Made by a program: the position numbers and the translations under genes. A stretch of DNA of 63,737 nt, filler included, from Octopus bimaculoides (Eukaryota): the NCBI RefSeq assembly GCF_001194135.2. It is 4 parts of 4 records of this genome, joined end to end, with 100 filler letters (N's around TTAATTAATTAA, not from the genome) between each part and the next. Parts side by side here need not be neighbours in the genome. Positions count along the whole stretch, not along the records: positions 39,670 to 62,132 come from NC_068986.1; positions 62,233 to 63,737 come from NW_026403259.1; 2 more parts are not named here. One strand, 5' to 3'. Below are positions 52,444-63,737 of the stretch, in pieces. Position 1 is the stretch's first letter; every line of letters begins with the position of its first letter. The notes below the pieces were generated by a model, which saw only the letters and a list, made by a program, of their open reading frames with translations, was not told where the DNA came from and made no database searches.

Positions 52444-52528
52444 GTAAATATATAGATAGATAGATGCTTGCATGCATTCATACATACATACATATACAAA
52501 TACACATAAATATATATATACATACATA

Positions 52529-52581
<53 letters not shown>

Positions 52582-52585
52582 CATA

Positions 52586-52634
<49 letters not shown>

Positions 52635-52737
52635 AGTTCAAAAAAGAAAAAACACAAAAAGACAACAAAAAACAACAACGCAAGGGCGTGATACAGATAT
52701 TGTGTTACTGAACGCTCGGGAAAGGAAAGAAAGAGAA

Positions 52738-52770
52738 TTTGACGTTTCGAGCGGAGTTCTTCATCGGAAA
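52738..52770 (-). ncRNA. Decayed minimal HHR motif, same family as 44272-44304
   Basis: Minus strand ttt-CCGATGA-a-gaac-tcc-gctc-GAAA-CG-TC-aaa; both copies share the flank aaaggaagacggagga. Confidence 0.45.
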
Positions 52771-53433
52771 CAGAAGAAATTCCAAAGAAAGGAAGACGGA
52801 GGAAGAAAAAATCGCCAACGATATCCACATATATATATATATATATATACATATGATTCATCCAAAAATATATATATCCATATATATGTTCATGATTTTA
52901 AGTAGATATATACAAACTAACATACCTACATACATATATGCATACATTCATCCGTACATATATACATACATACATACATACACACTCACGCGCGTATGTG
53001 TCTACATGTATAATATAAGCAGCTGTTAGATTGCTGTTATTATTGCTACACACTAGTTTGCGTAGTGTGCAATCATTACATAACACGTGGATGTCTGTAG
53101 AATGTAACGTATATAAGTTTGTAGCCTAGGAGTTGATTTATTATATGAATGAATGCTGGCAATCCGATATTGTGTGTGTTTTTTATACGTCAAAAACATA
53201 TCTTTTTATATATTTGTATGTTTGTAATGAGATAAATAGAAAAGGAGGTGGAGAAGAACGCAAATAGTTTCTACGAAACCTTAGTAAACATAGAAATAAA
53301 TCTTACCAGTATTTCCGTTCAAAATGCAGTTTCTTAAAATAGTATTTTGTCTAAAACATCCATGTGTTTCACTGCATTCACTGGAAATTTTTCAAAAATT
53401 TCATTTCTACTCAGTTTAATTTTCGTTTTATAT

Positions 53434-53835
53434 AGGCGCAGGAGTGGCTGTGTGGTAAGTAGCATGCTTACCAACCACATGATTCCGGGTTCAGTCCCAC
53501 TGCTTGGCACATTGGCCAAGTGTCTTCTACTATAGCCTCGGACCGACCAAAGCCTTGTGAGTGGATTTGGTAGACGGAAACTGAAAGAAGCCCGTCGTAT
53601 ATACATGTATATATATATGTGTGTGTTTGTGTGTTTGTGTTTGTCCCCCCAACATCGTTTGACAACCGATGCTGGTGTGTTTACGTCCCCGTAAGTTAGC
53701 GGTTCGGCAAAAGATACCGATAGAATAAGTACTAGGCTTACAAGAGTAAGTCCTGGGGTCGATTTGCTCGACTAAAGGCGGTCCTCCAGCATGGCTGCAG
53801 TCAAATGATTGAAACAAGTAAAAGTGTAAAAGAGT
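53434..53835 (+). mobile_element. SINE family A, full length and well preserved
   Basis: aggcgcaggagtggctgtgtggtaag...ccgggttcagtccc...internal TA/TG...gcagtcaaatgattgaaacaagtaaaagtgtaaaagagt. Confidence 0.92.
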
Positions 53836-54199
53836 ATATATANNNNNNNNNNNNNNNNNNNNNNNNNNNNNNNNNNNNNNNNNNNNNNNNNNNNNNNNNN
53901 NNNNNNNNNNNNNNNNNNNNNNNNNNNNNNNNNNNNNNNNNNNNNNNNNNNNNNNNNNNNNNNNNNNNNNNNNNNNNNNNNNNNNNNNNNNNNNNNNNNN
54001 NNNNNNNNNNNNNNNNNNNNNNNNNNNNNNNNNNATATATATATATATATATATAAATAATTGTTTTTTTCTTTTATAATGGTAGGGGAAAGACATTACA
54101 CAGGAAATGAATCAATCATGTCCAGTAACCGACAGTGTTAGAAACTGCAATTGGAGCTCTTGTGAAATAGTTTTCATGGATCTAAAGCTCCAAATTCAT

Positions 54200-54409
54200 T
54201 AGAAACTGCAACTACACCGAGCTACCGGGAAAACCTCTATATAGTTAGTCAAACTGCTAGAAATAACAGCTAGATCTCGCTCACAATACATCACAACACT
54301 TTTAAAAACGAGACACTGGGTAACTTAGATCCTGATTTTAGAAAAATATGTGATGACCATGGTTAGAATGTTTCGATCATATGTCCGCTTAATGAAGTTC
54401 AACCGGAGC

Positions 54410-54443
<34 letters not shown>
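54200..54443 (+). mobile_element. (CAA)n-tailed interspersed retroposon 3' end
   Basis: ctgctagaaataacagctagatctc...ggagctaaa(caa)n; related degenerate copies near 660, 13695, 34020 and 59151. Confidence 0.6.
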
Positions 54444-57074
54444 CCATGTTTTGAACAGAATTTTTCTGTGTATCAGATTGGTTGTCTTTATTTGAAATTC
54501 ATATGAAAAGACAGTTGCGCTGGTCTGTGAGATTACAAGTAAATGTTCACATCTGATGATACACATCTATGTTATTTTGCATTAAAAGAAGGCCCGGGGT
54601 ACCATAGACTGCTAGACATTTCCAATGTGAAAATAAATACAATACAAAATTATTTCTTTTCTTTCTAGATATCTGCTAAAACTCTGATGATGTTATCTCC
54701 CTTTCATATTATATTTCCTAAGAAACTAAATGCAAATATTATACTGAGTTAATACGGCTACACTGTAATATATGGCTCCGTGAAAAGTGAAAAGAAAGAA
54801 CTTGTTTTAAGATTATTCTCGTGGTTGATATATTAAGTTGAAAGTAAAGTATTTTCGACTAACATTCTAACCAGAGTCGCGATCCAACCACAGAATCTCT
54901 ACGACGTTGCCTACTTGGAAAGAAATAGCAGGTAAATTGTCCTTCATTTGCAATATCAATTTTGAAATTAACACAGTAGCAAAGGCAATCTTTTAAAACG
55001 TGCCACTGAAAACGATTTGCAATTCTCAGCTTACACTACGTTAATTTGTTGCAAAATGAAACAGTAACAATCAGAAAGACAAATTAAGCAATAGCAAATA
55101 TAAAGAAACTAGCTGTCCAAAACGAAACAACGAAAGTCTTATAACCAAGCTGTATCTTTGTCCGCGCTTGGAAAATGTCATTTACGGGTGGTTGTTTATT
55201 TCTTTAGATACATATGTGAAATCCTCATTCGAATGAAGATTATATTTATTTATGCTCAAATAACATGACACCAGCAACAGTACAGATTTAATCCTGCAAC
55301 ATATTAAAATACATAAATCAGGAGAAAATAGTAAGAGTTTCATGAAAATTGCACAGTTCAGCTAATATTGATGCTAATTATAAGGAAGATAGGTTTACAC
55401 CACTTAAATATTGTTTCTTGTTTAATGGGCGCTTCAAGATAACGGCTTCAATGCTCAATTGCGAATAGAATCACAAAACGATAAGCGCAGACTAGAAAAG
55501 TGAAAAATATCATTTTATATAGCAAGATTATGAGGTTCAAGAGAATTTGTATACTTTTCGCCAGCAGAAATAATGCAAGCGTGTGAAGTTATTGACAATT
55601 ACATTTCTAAATAACCACAAAGGAACTTCCCCCAATCGAACACAGAATATAAACCTAAAAGTAAAATTCTGTTGTAACACAAATTACACCAATCTTATCC
55701 CCCTGAACAATAAGCAATGCATCTGAAAAGTGAAGCTTTACTTCCGACTGAGGTGTTAACAACTCTCTTGTGGAAAAAAAAACAAGTATTTTGATTACAT
55801 TCAAAATCAATAGAAAATCGACATTAAATCATTAATCACCACAACTGCAGAGGTTTCATATCGTGAAAGAGGTTACGTGAAACTATTTACATAATCTCTC
55901 ATGCTTTTAAGTAATAATGCAACTGACATCTATCTTCCACATATAGACTCGTTTCCCTGTTGTATCTGTCACTATAATATTGATGATGTTACTATGAAAC
56001 CTCTAAAACATATATACAACTATCACTATTATGATGATTGGAAATGTTGTTAATTATTTCTCATCTGAGAAAAATATTGAATGAACCATAATGCTTCTGT
56101 CTTACTTATAGTTTAACACAGCTTGATATGTGAAACGTCGTTCTACATGAAAGATGTGCCAGTATTTCTCATATATATATATATTCCCCTACATGAAATG
56201 TTCTTAGATTGAGAACGTGAATACCATATTTTCTGGCGTCAAAGGCTTGATAGCTCGTGTTCGTTTGTTTAAGTCCTTGTAACCATTTTCGCAAACGGAG
56301 TCGATAACTCAATTATCCTACTTTAAAAAAATTAAGTATAAGGATTCATTTTCATCGACCAAATATTTCAAGACAATGTCCCACCCAGTATGGCCACAGC
56401 CAAATAATTTAAGCAGTTAAAGAAAGCAGTTAAAGAAAGCAGTTATTACCCTCGTTTTCTTCTTTTATTTTTCCGTTTCTCTCCTTCATGAATATTTCAT
56501 ATAATCATGGTAATGTTGATAAATACATAACATCCTTTATATTTCACTCTCACACGCACAAGCATTTTCCTTTACATGAGATTATGTTCGATTCAAATGC
56601 TTCAATAACTTGATTATGAGATGCAATGAAGACAGATACGTTGATTCCGTTTAAGTTGTTATGTTTTAACCTTCAGTTCGCTAGATTACATGTCTTGCTT
56701 GATAGCAAACTAGCATTGCAACCAGATGAATAAATATTTTCGTCAATTGAATAGACAAAAAAATCAGGGAATGATGTCATTAGCATCGTAAAAACAAAAT
56801 GAATATGCTGAGAAATCAATTGAATTTTAAATAAAAGATATAATTTTATAAAACAAACATGTTAATCAAGTAAGAGAATATTTTGTGGGAAACATAATTT
56901 GTGTGTTCAGTGATTTTGCCGTTAAAATATTTAACTTAAATTTGATGTCAGCTGCAAGATATAATTCTGCTTTTTTGTTTTACATTTTATTCGCTCATTC
57001 ATTCGCTTATTTCAATCTTTAAACAGCGGCCATACATGGTATCACTACTTATTTTTTTTATAAATTTGGCATTT

Positions 57075-57725
<651 letters not shown>

Positions 57726-58384
57726 TTTTATTGCATTTATTAAATTACTTACGAATGCAACCTCGTGGGATAGAGTGGAGTATGATATTGACATCACTGC
57801 TTGACTGATACTTAATCTTATTGCCTTTGGAAGTATAAAAGGCGACGCCCTTCTAATGAACAGAATAGTTCTGTTGTGCAATAAAGAATTTATTACAAAT
57901 ATACCAATGACGACTTCGAACAAATATAAAGCAATTATGTAAGAGAAAGAGGCGTGTGAATTGCCAAAGAAATATAAGAATTTTAAATGAATAGAAACCA
58001 AGATATTCAATGTTTTTTTGTTTTTTTTTTTCTTTGCTCTCTTTCCTCGAGTTACAAGAAATAGACACTAAACTGCGCTCAGAACTGATCCTATCATTTA
58101 AAACATGGAAGGCTACATTAAGTAATATTTTGCAAGACATAACAGGACATATATAAAGACATAAAAAGACTAATGCCTTTCCAAATTGGTCTGCCCAGTC
58201 ACTGATGAAGTTGAGTTAAGCAATAGGGAATAAAGGAAACGACAAGTGAGCCTCTATCAAATAACTATGAAGGACCATGTGTTACATAAATAATATTTTC
58301 AGGATTAAATAAAAAACAAACGATTATTTATCACACGTTCTTTTAATTATAAATATAGGTAAATCATATTTTCGGTTTGTTTTT

Positions 58385-58421
<37 letters not shown>

Positions 58422-58739
58422 ACACGTATATATGTATATATATATATANNNNNNNNNNNNNNNNNNNNNNNNNNNNNNNNNNNNNNNNNNNNNNNNNNNN
58501 NNNNNNNNNNNNNNNNNNNNNNNNNNNNNNNNNNNNNNNNNNNNNNNNNNNNNNNNNNNNNNNNNNNNNNNNNNNNNNNNNNNNNNNNNNNNNNNNNNNN
58601 NNNNNNNNNNNNNNNNNNNTATATTTATGAGAAAATGATGATTTTTTTTCATTACGAAATTTTTTTCATTATATTTTCATTATGAGGTTTTTTTCACGCT
58701 GACTACTTGATAAATTATTATAAAGAATTTATCCTATAT

Positions 58740-58775
<36 letters not shown>

Positions 58776-59150
58776 CGAATCATGTAGGAATTTGTAGAAC
58801 AAGTTTGAAGGTTTGATATTTAAATAGGAAGTATATTTTGTATGCGATGTGTTGTGCAATGCTTGATAGAGGAGATACGTGTGTTATAGAGGTAGATTGA
58901 GAGGTAGTAGAAAAGGTTACAAGGGAACATTTGGATGACAGCGAGCGCAATTAAGGTTTAATACCTTGTGATATATTGCTGGAAAGATACTGCTGCAGAT
59001 TTATATTAAATTAGTACTGCATGCGATAAAATATTGATTTTCTTCCATCGTGACAAAAGGTTACAAATGTATGGGGTGTAGTAGAAAAAATCTAAACGTA
59101 TATTTTACTCTTACTGGCATTTTAAGATGAAACGAGAAAGGTTTTACAAT

Positions 59151-59290
59151 GCTGTTACTGTTTAGCCCTGAACAAGCAGACCTATGATCAAATTTTTTTC
59201 ATTTCAACCTTGACTGTCAGTTCTCTTTTTATAAAACATCATTTTTTGTTTTTGTAACGCAGCAGAAGTCATGAGATAATGGTTTGGCTG
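59151..59290 (-). mobile_element. Degenerate copy of the (CAA)n-tailed repeat
   Basis: tgtttagccctgaacaagcagacctatgatcaaa resembles the reverse complement of the family 3' end. Confidence 0.45.
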
Positions 59291-60406
59291 AATGACCACC
59301 TTACTGAATGACCACGAAGAGGCTCTCAGACTGGTTAGTATCTGTTTTATAGTATATCATAGACCCAATGAGTAGGCCATCACAGAGAGCAGCTGTTTTT
59401 CTGTTCCATTCCATCCCATTTTTCATGTAGTCCTACATATATAATTTCTCAAAAGAAATTCGAAAGATTGCCACGACAAGGCCTTTTTTCATAATTATGT
59501 AGAGTCAGGTTTAACAGTAATATAAACAACAACTAGTATCCTTTATCGAGGAGGGTTCAACGTTTCATCGACTAGCCGTTTCATCGACCATCCACAAAAT
59601 ACAACTGGTTCTATTTCATTAATTTTCGTATACTGAGGCACACTCACATACACACACACAAACACTCTCACTCACACACACACAAACGCGCGCGCACAGA
59701 CACCCACCCACACACAAATACGGATAAAATCATGAGAATTTCAAATTGTTAGCAAACTTTAAACAAATTTTTCACGTCACTACAAACCCAAGTGAAATAT
59801 TACACTTGAAATGCAGCTAGGTTTTCGTGTGTATTTTTGATCATTTGATTACACGAAGGAAACTAGCGACCTTGACCATTTTCACGGCTTCCGAGACCAG
59901 TACAAGGAAATTATCCTTAAACTGATGTCCTGCTAATGTGATTGCAAGATGATGGACTTCACTAAACGCATTCAATGATCGGATGGTAGCGATAAACTTG
60001 GAACCAGCATACGACTAAACCTTGTCATACGCTCTGCCAACTAAACATCGTTTAGAGACATAAATATCAAGAACACTTCAAGAATTCCTATTCAAATATA
60101 TCATCGATTTACTGCGTAAGACATTTCAGAACGTGTGACAGTGCTGCATCAATCGAATTTTCTTCGAGAAAATTTGAACTCAGAATACAGTAATACATAA
60201 CGAAATTCACCAATGCATTTATCCTGGTGCCTGCCTCACAGTCCCTACCATTCGTCTATCAGACTCAACCAGTAATACAATTTTACATGGCATTTAAGTT
60301 TCATATCTTTTATGCAATATATGCAGCTTATAGATACATGTCTTTTTAGATAATATTTTCCTCTTTTAGGATGATAAAAATATTTCAATATTGATTTCTA
60401 GAAAAA

Positions 60407-60879
60407 GGCGGTGAGCTGGCAGAATCGTTAGCATGCCGGACAAAATGCCTTTCTGTTCTCTGTTCAAAACGCCTTAATGTTCTGAGTTTAAAATGCCTTT
60501 ATGTTCTAATTTCAAATTCCGCTTGTGTCAGCTTTGCGTTTCATCCTTTTGGAGTCGATAAAATAAGTACCAGTTGACCATTGGAGTTGCTGTTATCGAC
60601 TTACCCCGTCCTTAAAATTGCTAGCCTTGAACCAAAATTCAAAACCAATATTAATTTCTAACATAAGGCGGTGAGCTGGCAGGGTAGTTAGCACGCCGGA
60701 CAAATGCTTAGCGGCATTACTTCCATCATAACGTTCTGAACTCAAATTCTACCGGACTCCACTTTGCCTTTGATCTTTTGAGGTTGATATAACAAGGACC
60801 ATTTGAGTACTGAGGTCGATGTAATCAACTCAACTGTTCCCTCGAAACTGCTGCCCTTGCGCCAAAATTTGAAACCAAT
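60407..60879 (+). mobile_element. Head-to-tail dimer of SINE family B (260-bp period)
   Basis: ggcggtgagctggcag at 60407 and 60667; each unit ends ...caaaatt(c/t)(a/g)aaaccaat. Confidence 0.8.
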
Positions 60880-60990
60880 GTTCATGTCTGGTATAGGCTA
60901 GAGACATGCATTTTGTAGGATGGAGATCCTTTCCGAATCGTGTAGACTCCCACGGCCGGCCTCCCGGCTTCCGTATATGTTCCCCACACT

Positions 60991-61107
60991 GGATCAACGT
61001 GAAATTAAGTGTTTTGCTCAAGAATATAACAGGTCGCCTGGTCCAGGAATCGAAATCACAATCTTACGATCATAAGTCCAACATCCTAACCAGTAAACCA
61101 CGCACTC
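60991..61107 (-). mobile_element. tRNA-like head of a family C-related SINE
   Basis: Minus strand gtgcgtggtttactggttaggatgttggac...gatttcgattcctggacc...ttgagcaaaacacttaatttcacg. Confidence 0.6.
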
Positions 61108-62176
61108 GACAAGATGGACATAGCAGAATATATAAATCTTGGAATTGAATTCGACAGTTACTTCCATTAGCGACCCATGGAAAGTGATTTATTATTGTTG
61201 TTGTTGTTGTTGTTGTTGTTGTTATCATTATCGTCATTTCACTACTCTCAGCTCTCGATTTCACTTGCTCCGGCTAATGCATTACTCTTGCTTACAGACA
61301 GTAAAGTATAGTTTGAAGAGATTTCACTGTTGTTTCTAGCATGTTGAGACTTTATAGTGGGCTCGAAATATACACTGCAATAGATTCAGCTTGGTACTCT
61401 GTAACTTTCATTATGTTTACGGCATTCGTTATCAATAGCTGATAAGCATTATCAAAATGTGACACTATACCTGTCTTCAGTTCCGTTTTATATTATCCAT
61501 TGATTGCTGTAGCTTATTTTAAACCAAGTCTTGTCATCTGAATTCACTTTGAATAATTAAGATACTACTCTTCATATCATTTCCTCTCTATATCATAAAT
61601 TTGTTGATATAATAGGATTAGGAAGTTCGAATAAGTAAACATCCTTATAACTACAACGAAATATGTCAGATATTACGAATTACAGACTAACAGATTGCCT
61701 TATTGACATGAAAAAATCATTTAAGAAGAATACATTATTATATGTCATAAGTAATCAATATAATATAATGGAATGCATATTTGAAGAAATTATTGTGTTT
61801 AATATGACATGATATAACAGAAAATGACTACGAAAATTAAAACAACTTTTTATTTGGTCTTCAATTAAAAACTGAGTCTAACTTAAAATCAATCTGAAAT
61901 AAGCAAACTGACGAAAGTGTTAAAGTTTTTCGTTAATCTAAAAAATTATTTCGTGAGTTCTTGTATTCCTTGTTCACTACGGTTTCAGAGTAATTGAGAT
62001 TGAAAATCGAAAATGCTTGACTCTCTCCATTAGTAGATACTTTGTTTTCACATATAACAATAAATGCCATAACTATCAAGTGGTATTTTCTCAACAATGT
62101 TAAATAATAATTAATTTCTAAGTAAATGGCATNNNNNNNNNNNNNNNNNNNNNNNNNNNNNNNNNNNNNNNNNNNN

Positions 62177-62188
62177 TTAATTAATTAA
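62177..62188. other. Artificial scaffold linker TTAATTAATTAA
   Basis: 44 N + 12 nt + 44 N. Confidence 0.95.
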
Positions 62189-63107
62189 NNNNNNNNNNNN
62201 NNNNNNNNNNNNNNNNNNNNNNNNNNNNNNNNGTAACATGAAATACGTAAACAACGAGAAAAAAAACGGAAAACAGGACAAGTGAACACAGAAAAAGAAC
62301 CCATCATTAGTTGTCGGCAGTCTATCAGTTGCTTATTTCGAGTATTAAACGACANNNNNNNNNNATTAGTTGTCGGCAGTCTATCAGTTGCTTATTTCGA
62401 GTATTAAACGACAATAAGAGTTTTCATAGACAGTCGCTCCCATTAATTCTAAAATAGAATTTTTAGAGGGTAAAATTTGGGAACAAAACAATGACAGTGG
62501 AGACATACAAGGAAACCATACGAAAACAAACATGGAGGATCGTTAGACTAAAAAGAGAGGAAAATAGTGAACACTGGGAGAAATGTTTTTTCTTTCTTTA
62601 GTTAAGAGAAAAGAGAGAAGAGAGAGAGATAGAGAAAAATACCTCCGTGCAGGAAAAGAAAGATGATTCACGTGAGGAAAAGAAAGATGGACGCTGGTCA
62701 CGTGTGAGCAACGAGTGAGAGNNNNNNNNNNTGAGGAAAAGAAAGATGGACGCTGGTCACGTGTGAGCAACGAGTGAGAGAGAGACAAAGAGAAAGGGGG
62801 AGAAAGACAGATAGAAAACGGTAAAGGAGGGAGGCGGAGAAAATGGAATTAGAGAAGGATGGAGGAAGAAAACAATATAGGGTAGAGAGTGGCATCAAAA
62901 AGGTGACGATAAACTCAGTTGGAAATGGATGCGTCCCGTTCAATTAAATAATAAATAATAGATGATATATTATATATATATATCATCTATTGATATATTA
63001 TATCAATTGATGATATATATGCNNNNNNNNNNNNNNNNNNNNNNNNNNNNNNNNNNNNNNNNNNNNNNNNNNNNNNNNNNNNNNNNNNNNNNNNNNNNNN
63101 NNNNNNN

Positions 63108-63149
<42 letters not shown>

Positions 63150-63737
63150 TTGTGGTATAATATAATTTCAAACAGAGAATAACTTATACGTTCTGGACAT
63201 TTAGCATATATTATTAAGTGAACGTAAGTTGCAAATAAAACATTTGTTGTTGCTTTCTAAAACTTGTGAAGCATTGTTGATAGAACCATAGGTATATATA
63301 ATTATATTCAAGACGTGTAAACGCAAACGTGGAAAGGATTCGACTGCGAAAACACTCTTTGTGGAGAAATTATTATGATATATTATGTGCAGTAAAATCC
63401 CAGCAGTGGGATATCAATGACATCACCGCATCGTAGGATGCATGTTGCTCCGTCTTTACGCTTTAACGAATACGGACACAGTATCCTTCGTTCACAACCA
63501 TTCGATACAGGCGTATATAATTGTGCAATTCTCTAAATCCTTCATTGTTGGTTAATGCGTGTCTATTTAATTAATTGAAGCTCTACAAAGTTTAGCATTC
63601 ATCAACAAATGTGTCAATTACTGTTTGAATATCAAAAGCGGCAGTATTTAATACGCTGCGCACCACGTGTTCTATGGTCCGATGACGAGATCCCTAGCCA
63701 AGTGGTGTGTTTTTCGAAATAACTGTTAGAAGTGGAA

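Noticed and set aside
59850-60035. AYDKV*SYAGSKFIATIRSLN as an RTE reverse-transcriptase remnant
   Set aside because: Only a few residues resemble KAFD/KF..IIRS, and the expected downstream GVKQG motif is absent.
62306-62780. Two 49-bp exact direct repeats (62306/62365 and 62673/62732)
   Set aside because: Each pair straddles a 10-N gap and both have the same length, consistent with k-mer overlap artefacts.
63675-63730. CCGATGA...GAAATAACTGTTA as a hammerhead
   Set aside because: Core is mutated, and stems I-III do not pair convincingly.

Overview
This is eukaryotic, AT-rich, gap-ridden draft-genome DNA, saturated with microsatellites (TA, CA, GA, TATC, TAA, CTA, TCA, CCA). The repeat families look like those of Octopus, probably an O. 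bimaculoides-type short-read scaffold (inferred from family recognition, not a database search). No confident host protein-coding gene, rRNA, true tRNA or CRISPR array is present, and nearly all supplied ORFs are microsatellite or N-gap artefacts. Supported content: about 20 copies of three tRNA-derived SINE families (called A, B and C here; two copies have clear TSDs); 3' ends of R4/Dong-type, CR1/L2-type and RTE-type LINEs; a fossil maT (DD37D, Bmmar1-like) transposon 5' end with TIR; and a weak chain of frame-compatible candidate exons at 47.5-51.9 kb. The most interesting signal is a set of non-coding repeats built around hammerhead ribozyme (HHR) motifs. An essentially intact type I HHR at 43373-43419 sits in a 1.17-kb element with a Penelope-like inverted/partial terminal-repeat layout. 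Its 644-bp body is an inverted copy of DNA 2.3 kb upstream. A related sequence forms a zero-loop 191-bp palindrome (7967-8157), and two further inverted duplications (1938-2226, 24003-24512) have axes or arms at HHR-like motifs. Several minimal HHR-like motifs also abut (TA)n tracts. Three TTAATTAATTAA islands within N runs and the duplicated flanks of 10-N gaps are assembly artefacts. All alignments and translations were done by eye.
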